DNA of 64,000 nucleotides from Takakia lepidozioides (lineage: Eukaryota > Plantae > Bryophyta), in assembly GCA_030704615.1 (NCBI GenBank), contig CM060734.1, forward strand, positions 58,962,001 through 59,026,000, in the 5' to 3' direction. Shown here piece by piece: positions 46,107-58,111 of this stretch. The position numbers and the translations under genes are program-made. Each line of letters opens with the position of its first letter. Within the stretch, counting starts at the first letter, position 1. Under the pieces are notes generated by a model, which was not told where the DNA came from, did not search any database, and worked only from the letters and a program-made list of their open reading frames with translations.

Positions 46107-48600
46107 GCTTAAACTGGGCCTTGTTGATTTCGTACTTATATTTGATGGCGGTCCACTCCAACTTTGTGTATGGATGTCAGTTGTCCTTCGTCGGCTCCTT
46201 AAATCCAAAACCGACCATGATATCATCAATAATGTGCCTCCTCAACTTCTTGTACTTGCAATAATCCTCTAGACTCATAACATCGGGGTCAGGCCCAGTG
46301 TATGGATGACGCATCGACTCTTTGTTTTTGAGTAACATATGGGCAACCTTCCAAATCTGGCTGTCGTCCAAACCCTGCAGTCGAGCAATGCTAGATTTTT
46401 TGAGCGTTGGCTGCTCTTTCATGGGGATATTCCCTTTGGGGTCAATGAGATCGCCCTTCTCCCATTTCATGAACACTCTTGTCTAGCAATTCCAGGTCCG
46501 ATCGGAGGTGAACACAAGTGGCATTGCCTCTTTGTTGTTTTTCACATCCAGAATGGTTTGAGCTCCGACCATGAAATCCTGCACATACCTGCAAGTGTAG
46601 TTAACTACCACGGGAGGTCTCCCTTGCTAACTTTCACATTCAGCCAGCACTTCCGGCTGACTTCCAGCTAACTCCAGCACTTCAAACACTTTCAGCTAAC
46701 TTCTACAAACACCTTCAACTGATGATTTAAACCAACCAAGAGGATGTTGACAATTGGTCATTCTTTCTGGAGTGTCTCCTACTTTGTATTGCGGTGCTTC
46801 TCCATTTCCTCTTTCTGTTTCTGGTGACATTCTCGACCTAGAACAGAGTCAAACCTGTGTACAGAAACACTTAAGTAACCAAGAGACAATCATATCATGA
46901 AGCATCATCCCCAACTTGAAATCTTGATGGTGCGTGGATCTCTTCCAGATCGAGAATGTCACAAGATTGGAGAAAGAGAGAAGCACCGCAAAACAAAGCA
47001 GAACACATCCCAGATGACCTCAACAGGAGAAAAGTTGTTGGGACAACGAATGTGGTTGCTGCTGTGTGGGCGATGAAATTGGATTTCGATCGACTATAAT
47101 GTAGACATCCACTGCATCGCTGCAGTGATAGATGAATGGAAAGAAAGGACGGGAGACCTCCGGTGGTCAGACTCACCTTCCACTGCTGAGTCTCGACCCG
47201 ACGATGCTCATCATATTTCTGGGGCCGCTCCTTGTAATTGTAATGTTTTCTGCAGTGACGGTCCTTCTCATAGAAAGACGGTTCGTAAAGATTCTCCTTG
47301 TTGGGCTTGTTCAGAACCTTGGGGATAGTCACCAGTCGAAGCTCATCCGTCGAGTACACTATCATAGTAGGCCATGTATGTAGCGATTTATCAGGACATC
47401 ATTACTCAGTGTCGGATCCTCCAAGAGCTCTTGCAATCATCACAGTTCAGTTGATTAGCAGTAGAAGAGAGACAATCGAAAATGGACAGTGGACAAATAC
47501 ATGGTCAAATAGTAAGTAGAATTTCTCGAAGGTGAGTCAGCACGGGAGACCTCCCTTGACCTGGGCTGCCATCAATGTATGTTGGCCTCCGATAATAAAA
47601 TATGTCGCCTTCTGCAGTTCGCGCTCATTGACGGGCTTCCTGCTCCACACCTTCGTGGGATCGGTCTTGTGTCGTGGAATCAAGTAAACATGCATTTTTT
47701 AGTCAATTAGGTTGTATGCAACTAGCCTTGATTTAATCTCCAGCTTGTGCTTCTCACAAAGTGGTCGATAAACCATATGCTATGGGGCCAGAAAACAGTG
47801 GTTGATGTCCACTTCCTGGACGTATTCAAATCCAAACGGGAATATATCCTGGTATTGCTCGATGAGAGTCGTCTCGACCTTCTTTGCCTCATCCAGGTCA
47901 AAAATCTCGTCAGTCTTCAGGCGCCTCTTTTCTTGGCTATTCACTATATCGATGGTCTTTCGTCGTTTTCTTCCCCCCTCTTCTTCGTCATCATCTTCAT
48001 TTCCTTCTTTTGGCTTTCTAGTTTTTTTCAGTTTCTTCTTCATGTCCTCCAACTGCTTTTGCTCCGATTGGAGTCGCTGTACCCCCAATTGTTGTCTCTC
48101 CTTGGCATTATTGTATAGAATTCCGTCAAGGTATTCCCAGCTCTTGAGGATTTCCATCTCCAGGTCGTCTTCGACAACAGGGACCCTGAATCCCATCCGA
48201 ATCGCGAATCCCATCAGATCACTACTCAGACTCATGGCATCCACAGAGAACCCAAATACCATCTCCCCTTTCCTGGCATTCTCACGGATGAACACAGCAA
48301 GGGTAACCCTGTTATCCCTCACGGAGTCCTCCGTTTCAATTCCCAACACATCACAACACAAAAGTGTTTTCTTTTCCGCACCAATCTGGTAACGGAAGAT
48401 GGCTTTCTCTGGGTTCGGGGAGTCAGCAACATCGATACCCCGGTAGTCAATACTCCTCTTTAGCTCGTAAAAACCATCATGCATTATTGTGAATCCTTCA
48501 ACGTGTGGATATATGAAAGAACCGGCAATTTCGGCGCTCATCATTGCGACTGATTCCTTCGGAATCTTTAGTCTGGCAGTATAATCAACGAAAGAACAAC
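46107..48600 (-). pseudogene. Second ParB/Srx-like multi-exon cargo gene, divergent from the Sola-like transposase and truncated by the LTR insertion
   Basis: ORF 47780-48619 continues past a stop and a probable frameshift to ATYFIIGGQHTLMAAQ|gt (47561-47608), then WPTMIVYSTDELRLVTIPKVLN, then 46177-46476. Confidence 0.65.
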
Positions 48601-49459
48601 CCGTTAATATAAACACCAAATAACAACCAACACAACGGTCTTTACGAACCGTATGGAGATAAATCTCAATTCAGGGACGGGAGATCTCCAGTGACAGCAA
48701 TGAACAATACCACCAATAAGGATAATTCAAGTTCTCATAAACACAGCAGAGATGTACTTCAATATAGTGACGGGAGACCTCCCGTGATCAGCTCACAAAA
48801 CGCAACCCCACCTACACTTTCCAAACCCTAAACCTCTAGACACAATCCCACCTACCATCTACGGTTTGCTAGAATCTACATCAAGAAATTGCCCTATAGT
48901 CACACCACAATGCATTGGGCTATCTAGCCAGTTCTGATATGCGCTGCGGATCTCTTCTCTCAGTTTCTCCTGCTTTGGATCCCTTCGTGCTGATTTCCAG
49001 AAACAGTGACCTCATGCCTCATAAAATAAGAGGTATCGGAGAAGGAAGGCAAGATGTTCTGAAGTTGCTGCCGGTGGAGATGAATTGGAAGGAGCTTAAC
49101 AGACTGTCCAATGAGGTTGGATACTGCTTTCCAACCCAATCCAATTTTGACTCTATAAATATTTTTCTACTCTCAAGGAGCGTATGTCACGGGAGACCTC
49201 CCGTAATCATTCTGCTAAGTGTACTAATAGTCGATATCAAATCGTCAGCATAATAACCGATAGTCCATTGATGGATCGTTCGGAGCGATTTTGTCCATCT
49301 ATTTACGAACGAAATTTTGTGTATGTCGTTCTTTTTGCATCTATCAAATTTTCATATCTCTTGGATGTAGATGTTGGAATATTCGATCTCAATTTCAATC
49401 TCTACGGGAGGTCTCCCGTACCTAATAGAATACCAACTCTATATATTGTTGACAATTGG

Positions 49460-50700
49460 ATCAGGCGAACAAACGAATGGGCTTGAAGGAATTGTCGAAG
49501 TCTGGAATTAGCAGAATTCGAACGAAACTTTTTGGGAAACCTGGTGGAAAATTCGCGAAATGTACAGATTGTGAGATGTTCAAAGATCTTATCCAGAAGT
49601 CAGTCAGCGGAACTGAGGAGTAGAGAAAGCACAAAAAGAAATTTGAGAGACATTTGAAGCATCAGGAGTCATGTCGATCTGTCGAAGAAGTTGAAACAGA
49701 AGAGCACATATATCATGTGCCTCTTTATGGAGTCTCAAACCTGTCATTTATCCCTCAACTGATTCAGGAGGTCGCAGACTTCAAGAAGTTTGTGGATGGA
49801 TATATTAATTGGCATATCTGAAATGCACATCTTCAAGTTCTATGTGGATTGTGATGGTTGGCCTGTAATGAAGTATAAGAAATCAGCAACCAACGCTGCA
49901 GTCAAAATGTGGAAGATTGCTGAGGACGGGAGGTCTCCCCTACTACCCCAGGGGGCCCCGGAACCTGTTCCACTGCAGCCTATTTGGGGAATAAAGCCAG
50001 CCGCCAGGGAAAAAAATGCCAGTATTGTAAATGGCCTTTCGAAGTACCGCGAATTTTGGAGACTTGGGATGGATCTCGACAAGAACTACGAAAATATCAT
50101 GAAGAACTACGATGAGTATTGGAAGGATGTTCTTCTTGAACTTGGTAAGCCATTGTCTGAGCCAAAGGACAAGCTGGAGGAGGGGTTTTGGTTCGACTCT
50201 GTGGAAAGATAACCATGACAGAGATGAGATTAGGGTTGAATGTGAGAGTCAGGAGGAGTCAGAGGAGGAAGATCGCAACCAGCTGGATCCCTATTGTGGG
50301 CCAAAGAGTCAGAGACCTAAAGAGCAGATGAACCCATTCAAAGATATTGAAATTGGAAATTTCGTACTTGTTCGACCACCAGACACATAGACATATCCAG
50401 TTTGGATAGGTGTGGCAATCTCTGATGTTGTTCGTGACCGTTCAGATGAGAGATATCGGCAAGTCCTTCTGGAGTGGTGGAGAGGTGATGCAGCGGAGGA
50501 CGTGGACATGAAACTACTGGGACAAAGCTTGGGAGTTCAATGAATTTGATCCACCAAAATGGATACATATGAACAGTGTGGTGTGGACAATGCGGCCTCG
50601 GAAGAACACCTCTAAGTGGAGCTCCAGACGTATTGGAAAGGCCGAAGCAGTTAAAGCGAAAGCGAATTTATATGCTGCGAACGATCAAAGTGAGTATGTT
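49460..50700 (+). pseudogene. Internally deleted Sola/DUF7869-like transposase
   Basis: KFAKCTDC..FERHLKHQESCR, then a jump to IPQLIQEVADFKKFV, HIFKFYVDCDGWPVMKYK, and C-terminal IGNFVLVRP..YPVWIG..EWW. The catalytic core appears deleted near 49680. Confidence 0.55.
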
Positions 50701-52108
50701 TGAGCACAGTGTACAGAGGTGCACGGGAGATCTCCCGTGCTAATTTGACGACAATATGTGTTAATGTTGATTGCCAGGATTTTGTGGGAGCTCCTTTCAC
50801 AATCAGAAGTTGACCTTGAATTCTCTGTGTCGACCATTTGAAACTTTCAATTTATGAACATCTATATCTCTAGCGATTTGAACCCTGACTGCCTGCATCT
50901 CGGTGAAAGTTTAGTTTTGGTTGATTGTATTTTACGCACATAGCACGGGAGATCTCCCGTGCTACAGATTCTTGACTATTGCAGAGTGACATAATTAATA
51001 TTCTCATTCACCATAGCGCTCGTTGAGTCCCAATTTGGTTCGTTATCTAATAAGGGTATGTCGTGGTCCGAATATCGTATCTTCTTCCCTAGCGGAATGT
51101 ACTTTGATGTGTCTATTTCAATGGTGGCCCCGAGTCTTAATCTGACTTTATAAACTGTATCCTCGCGATGTTGTTACTGATTTTCAGGTGTAACACGGGA
51201 GGTCTTCCGTGGTATGTCACGTTGTTTTTTAAATATTATTTACTGGATTTGTTTTTCAAATATTTTCATTTTGTGAAGATGATGAGGAATTTGTCTGGTC
51301 CAAAACCTTCATATCTTCCCTTGCGGAATGTTGTTCACTACTCCAATTTTTAACTTCCTGGATTTTTATTTGGTGTTCGGAGGGTGACAAATAACTGTTG
51401 TCTTACCTTACAGTTTTTAATTTCTGGATGACCAGTTTATGTGAATGTTTCTAGATCTTATGTTCTTTTGATTTGACGGCTCGACGCTTCTCGTATTGAG
51501 CATGGGAGATCTCCCCTGGTGGGGGGAGTCTCAAAGCACCTGCAGCTTGAAATTGTATTTGACATGGTATTTGACCTTGTATTTGTCGGTTCAATGCATT
51601 TCGTTTGTTAATTCTTGTCCTCAATGTGATAAAGATTTTTCTATCCCTTAAGTTTCAATAATTCAAAAACATTATTCCAATGCATGTTTCTACCAATAAT
51701 TGTGCGTCATGACCCATTGTGGTTTTAAAGCTCTTACCTATATGATATTGACATGCATTTGTTACGTTTTCACGGGAAAGCTCCTCTCATCTTCTCTCAC
51801 CATTGACATGAAGTAATCGAATGATTCGTTTCACGTAAGATGCGAGAAACCACCTATCGAGTGCACGTGAGATCTCCCCTCCGTGAATATATTCACGAGC
51901 GATCAGATTCTCCTCAAATTCAACATATGTGTCTTGTTTGTCATTTATTTTGCAAAGGGCGATGCTACTTTTCGGACCAATCCGGGAAAATCCAAAATTG
52001 TAAGCTTTACATTGTTAATACTGGAATATAATATTTTTTCTATTAATTAATTAATTAATTAATTAACAGATGTCCAGATTTCATCATTTTCTTACTCAAA
52101 ATGGTGTT

Positions 52109-53708
52109 TATTGAGAGAGTATAGCGCCAAGTGCAAAGTCCGATGCATTTGCTTAAAAAAAGAATGGTTTAGAAAGGTCTGCATGTACCAGTATTGGAGC
52201 CGTTGTAAATATCTGCTTCAACCTTTCAAATGTCTGGTCAGCTTTTTCGTCCCATACAAATTTGTCCATCCATGTGAGTCGTGTCAATGGTGCAACAATC
52301 TTGGAGTAGTCCTTGATGAAGATTCTATAGAAGTTTGCAAATTCCAGAAAACACTGTACATCTCAGACTGAAGTTGTTTAATCCACTCGATGATGGTTTG
52401 TATTTTCCTCTGATCCATAAAGACGTCTTTGTCGGAAATAATGTAGCCAAGAAATTCGATCTTAGATTGATAGAAAAGACATTTTTCCAATTTGGCATAT
52501 AGTTTTTTTTTTCTTAATTTATCAAGGACAAGGCATACATTACGGTCATGTTCTTCTTCATTCTGTGAAAATATCCGAATGTCGTCTAAATAGATGACTA
52601 CAAAGTCATCTAATAATTCTCGAAAGATGTCATTCATCATATGTCAAAATTGTATAGTAAATGCGAATTTTTTTTTCTAAAAGCGGTGCAAACCAAAATA
52701 GGGCAGTACCTGATAGAATGGTGCCCACGAATCCCACTTGGATACCTTCATCGGGGTAACGTTGTGGATGTAGTCGTAAGAATAGTCGTACTTGTTGAAC
52801 AAAACCACGAAATCTTGATCTCGTCCCATTAAATTTCTTGGGCATGCTGATATTTGGTTCTCTCGTAATCTGTTGAAGAGGAACCGTTGCAGTATGAGCT
52901 ATTGCAGTAGAGACTCGTATGGTTGAAGATCAATTGTTCGACTCATTTAACTCTGAAATTTGTTTTTGCAAATTAGAGCGTTGCCAAGATCTTGAAACTG
53001 ATCAGCTTGTAATTGGGCGGTAGAGGTACGAAGTTCTTGCATCTGGAGCTGAAGACGTGACGATCATTTCCGCAAATGTGTCTTCCATCTTAACTAACTA
53101 AGAAACAAACTTTAGTCTCATCAAACTGTCAAGGACGAGAACATGACTGAACACAAACAAGATATCAGACTAGAGGTACAAGACTAGACAAGAAGTCAAG
53201 GTCGACGTGGCCGAATGCATGATGGGTAAACATGAATCAAGATGATCTTTATAACAATGGATAAGAGTACAAGATACTGGAACTCGACTCGAATACTGGA
53301 ATGCTGGAAACTGGACTGGGGTACCAGATACTGGAATGGGGTACCAGATACTGGAAACTGGACTAGAGTACTGGGACTGGGAACAAGAGTAACTTGAACT
53401 TGTGTTGGCGAGAGTGTCCAGTTTCGCCTCTTATATATACTGGCTACTATGAAGTTCCCTAAGAAGCTTCCCAATGGAGAAGTTTCCTTAAACAAATGAG
53501 GTATCTTGATGGAAAAGTTTCCTCCAAAAGAAGCTTCCTGAGCAGTTTCCTAAGTTACTCTCGGTAATTTGATAAACTCCATATAACTTGGTAACTAATG
53601 GTAACTCATGGTTGTTTATAGTAAATCACGGTAAATCATGGTAACATGATAACTTGGTAACTTCTGGTATTTACTCCTGGTAAGTTCCTCTAGGCTATGT
53701 CCGTGACA
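52109..53708 (-). mobile_element. Tf2/Tcn1-like Ty3 element: 5' LTR (53127-53708), gag and RT remnants
   Basis: LTR tgtca..tgaca; gag PKKFNGTRSRFRGFVQQ..LSGTALFWF; RT FVVIYLDDI, KLEKCLF, IEFLGYII. Confidence 0.88.
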
Positions 53709-54360
53709 ATATCCGTAAAGTCATCCCCAATTTCCTGCCATAGAGCATTTTAAAACTCCACAGGGATCCCATCCATACCAGGAGATTTGTTGTTTTGAAG
53801 TTTCTGAAGAGCCTCACCAAGTTCCATGGTGGAGAATTCTCTATCCAAGACAGCTTCTGAGGGGATAGAATCGTTGGGGTGTGTCGAAGGCAATCGATCT
53901 GGATGGGGGAAAGGGACAGGTCTTCCGCTTCACTATGAAAAAAGCAACTTAAAATGATATGTGAATAGAGTTGCCATAGCCCTGGGGGTAGTGGCAGAGA
54001 TGCCGCTAGACTGGTCGATTAATTCTGAGATGCACTGTGAGGCCCTTCTCAATTTAGTTTTGTCAAAGAAGTATTTGGACATTTTCTCACATTTGGTAGA
54101 CCAATTAACCCCGGCTTGCAATTTCCATTTTTTTTCCAACATCCTATGGTGTATATCCAAGTTGTTTCTAGCTTCCACATAGGTCTTGAAGGTGTGCTCA
54201 TTACAACGGGAAGATTCCATCCGTTTAGCCAAACATTTGGTAAGGGCTTGAATTTTTTTTTTCCTTCTGGCTGCTAGGGTCAAGCTAAAACGCTGGCTAA
54301 TTGTATTGACAGCTTTCAATTTGGAAAGAAATCGATCCGTTGGGTTCTGCTCATTCATTC
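53709..54360 (-). mobile_element. LINE (L1-like) ORF2 fragment
   Basis: WSTKCEKMSKYFF and NNKSPGMDGIPVEF; interrupted by the LTR at 53708. Confidence 0.8.
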
Positions 54361-56218
54361 CTGCCGAGTTCCAAGAGTTGAGAGACAGGAGTTCTGGTTG
54401 TGGGAGAGAGGGTTGAATGAACTAATAATAAGTGGTTGAGAGGCCAGATGCTGGAAACCCACAATGCTGCGCTGCTTGAGAGAGAAAGCCGCATTGTCTT
54501 GACAAACCAACAAGAGATCATTGATCGCTGCTGACTCTGCGAGGTTCAGTTACAAACACACAAAAATGACGACGATGACGTGGTTGACGACGACGACGTG
54601 ACGTGGCGACGATGACATGAAGACGATGATGTGGCACTATAGCACCCTATTCCTGCTCTACACTAAACTAGTCTCCGACTTTCAGTCTTTTCCGTCGTTG
54701 CTAGAATTTTTCTTTTTCCCTCTGATATTATGAAATTATGAAACCACCTCTATGCACCCTACTCATATGAGGGCTTTCAAGGGGTATTAAGAACCAAGGT
54801 AGAGGCCTTTCGGCTTGGGAAATCTCACCATGAGAAAGAAAAAACAAGCCTAAAATGGCGATGGGCTCTCTTGCTTTGGCAAAACATAAGAGGAATGTTA
54901 GAGTAAAGGGCATGACTCAGCACAAGACACCAATAGGTGCCTTGACAGGGTGTAAGGTCCTTTTACCACATTTTCTCCATTGTTGCGTAGTGTCTCTCTC
55001 TACAAGAGAGCCAACAAAACAAACAAACAAACAAACTACCTTGCTTCATACACGATGATGTATGAGTATACATAAGTTCGCTGATGTTTTGGTTATGGTA
55101 AATGTCAGCTGACCTTTTGTTTATGGTAAATGTCAGCTTCGATGTGATAATGACTTCATTGAATGGGCAAAACAAATTCTCTAGGAGTCCACTTTTCTGT
55201 GATTTCTCTCACAATGACATGGAGTTCTATCATCAATTCCTTCTTGTTGGCAGGGTTTTTCGAAATTTTGGAATGTGCTTTGGAACCACCTCTTTATGTA
55301 TTCGCAGTGCCTTTTAGTGACTTGGACTAGATGCTCATTGTGCAATGCAATGCCGTGAGCACATGTAGCCAAAAACATGTTGTTATGACAAGAACACCAA
55401 GTCAATATGTAGCTCGGTTGACTAAACCATCCCCATGGTACCTGGGCAGGTGGGAGATAGAAACTCTGCTTCTTGGCAGTCAGCTTGAGCCCCCTAGACC
55501 TGTAATCAGTGCAGTAGTGATCAATCCTTCAAGCACTCTCTTATGTGCATATGTGAATTTTCTAATGGCCAGAGAAGACTTATGTATCCTCATAATGGCG
55601 ACATAAATGAGAGACAAGGCAGAACTTCCGACAAGGATGCAAGTGTAAACTAGAAACCCATCCTCATTTGGGTAGTATTTTCACTTGATAATACACCTTG
55701 ACAAACCTATATACTACACAATCCACTCCACATAACCACCCATTTATAATTCACAAAAGGCACATCTATTAGATGAGTAAATAGGAGCACCCCCTCTCTT
55801 CTTCCCCAACCCTTCTTCCTCACACACTCTAAATCGTTGGAGTTAACCTGAGTGTGATGTCTCTGCAAGCACAATCAAGCAATCAACTCGGTTGGCCCCC
55901 AAAACCCCCTCATGTCCAGGAGGGTTGGTACTTTGCCCCTCTGCCTGATTGTATGCCATCAACATCCAATGAGAGCAGTCAATGCTACCCCTCTCCTTGC
56001 TGCGCCTTTGTCATCATGATCCATTTTATCATGAGTATCCTAGTAACTCTTCCATCTACCTGTCGAACTTGCATAAGCAAGATGTTGCTCTTGCGAAATT
56101 TGTAGGCTCTTGCACACTGAACATGGAAAGGTGTATGAGGAAAAAACGCAACATTTATATACGTGTGGTCTCAAGCTGCCAAGACTATACAGGTTGGTGA
56201 TGGGCACAGGGTCTGAGC

Positions 56219-58111
56219 TCAGAATCGATCACGGAAACCATTGTAGGACGAGCTTGACCGCAGGACAGGCACGCGCCGGCGGCCTGACAATGCCTCCTTC
56301 AGTTTTGCCACTTGATAAATTAGGTGGCTGATTTTCTGCAATATCCAATCACATTCCTTTACATAAGGGTTATCCATAGCAATAATGACTGGTAATGCCC
56401 TAACCATGTATCATCTCATAATTTACAAACTTCACTTGAGCAAACATGCAACAAAGTTGCCAGGACAACCATCATACGAGGTTAGAACAAATTATTGACA
56501 CCCATAGTTTTCAGGTGGCACCCAGAATTTTTATAAGTGAGTGTACCCTTGTGACACCATCACAAATATTTCTCACCTATGTCCCACAAACAGATGTTAC
56601 GCACAGGAGATGCACTCTTGCTCTTTCTTCCCATCTTCCTCCTCCCCCAGACTGTCAATTTGTGGCTCTTTCAAAACGTTGTGAAAAACAATGGTGTCAC
56701 CAAAATTTGTGACAATCCACCCCTGGGGTCAGATATGGCGGTCAAAATTTTTTGCCACCCAGTTGTGACGTCAACCGCGTGCTAAAAGCCATTCCACTAC
56801 AATTACCAGGCTCAGCAAGCACACTGCAACATGACTTCAGAAAAAACAACTTACTCACCTCATCCTTTGAACAGAGCTGCAGACGCAGCTGCTGATTCTG
56901 GCAACGCTCGTGCTGCCATCGCTGCCCAATAATTACAAGTCCCATAACAGCAGCAGCCAAAGCAATCGACCAGAGAGTGTTGGCTTGCCGTGCTTGCTCA
57001 TACCACAACACTGCCCTACGTTTCCACCACGCGTCACACGACTGCTCATTGCTCACATCCTGAAGTAGTGGTGCTGAACTCTGTCTATCAACCAATTCCA
57101 ACTTACTCCTATCCATACCTGCACCTGAATCTGGGAATTCGAACCCTGAGTCTTCACCTAGAATCTCCCTTTCTAGCCCTGCCAAGGATTCTGCCTCTTC
57201 TTCAGCTAAGCAAGATGAGCCGCCGCTTTCATTGCTTTCCACAACTTGGCCTCGAAGAAGCACCCCTTCCAAACCAAGCAACATAGAGCTGGCATGACTG
57301 GTGAACGCTGTTACAGAGCTTAATATTGCAGGTGCAGATGGAGAAGACTGACAGGAACCTAGTAGTGGCCCTGCCTGCCCAAAATCTGGTTCTATCCCAC
57401 CTTTAGATTCAGAGGCCAGCGCATATATGATGCTTGCACCTCCAATATCTTCCTGTTCATAATCCCCTGGGTGGCCACCTGAAACATAATACACTTTCAG
57501 AGAAGCTCAGCAGAAAGTGCAACATGCCAGGGGAAGCCAATTCCTTCAAAACCCAGCAATAAATCAAAGATCACCAGGGAACCCTGCTAGAGGCATTCAC
57601 CACACAGTCCTCACATTTTGTGGTCAATTTCACTACTCTACCCCAGGATTCGACCAAATACGAAACACTTACCTGGAGGCATGGGCTCCATCCAGTCCAT
57701 CTCTGGCAACTCTTGCATCTGAGATGCACAAGTGCTCATCCCAGGAGCCTGCTCAGCACTCTTACGCCCTGCATGTAGGGCGTCCTCCACAGAAGGCTCA
57801 CTTAGACCAGCTTCCCGGCCCTGGCTTGGGTCCAGAGTAGTGCCTCCTACACTTGATTCGCTTAGGAAGGGCTCATCTTCACTGGTAGGGGACTCATGCC
57901 TAGGATGAGGGGAGGCAGATGGGAGAACAAAGTGGTCAGAGCGGAGCCCAGCATCAGACACCTTCACAGGGCCATGTCCACTTCCCAGTACAGTGGATGC
58001 ATCGAGGGAGGTGGACGCACACAGGGAATGCGAGGAGAGAGAAAGGGATACAACCTCCCATTCAAGTGACCGACCGTTGCTGTCGTCACTGTCACTGCTA
58101 GCATCAGCCAT
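56219..58111 (-). CDS. ATI: ATG8-interacting protein (ATI1/ATI2-like), 3 coding exons: 58111-57673, 57478-56859, 56335-56219
   Basis: N-terminal AIM EWEVVSL; CDAWWKRR; TM segment LWSIALAAAVMGLVIIGQRWQ; GT-AG junctions keep the frame. Confidence 0.88.

Larger units (their letters stand above)
17935..51880. repeat. Dispersed palindrome (C/G)ACGGGAG(A/G)(T/C)CTCCCGT(G/C), more than 20 copies, confined to the Sola-like element's own sequence
   Basis: Examples: 18543, 19301, 20433, 21776, 23143, 23170, 23571, 24582, 46610, 47148, 47541, 48676, 48769, 49188, 49403, 49925, 50721 (perfect 20-mer), 50941 (perfect 24-mer), 51194, 51501, 51864. Confidence 0.92.
17692..52108 (+). mobile_element. Large Sola-like (DUF7869-type transposase) DNA transposon; ~13 kb of own sequence plus ~21 kb of nested inserts
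   Basis: 4-bp TSD TATT (17688-17691 and 52109-52112) splits the Ty3 peptide GAILSQ/YGTDG. Imperfect TIR: aactagattttaagtaa vs revcomp aacaccattttgagtaa (13/17). An element-specific palindrome occurs throughout. Superfamily assignment is tentative. Confidence 0.72.
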
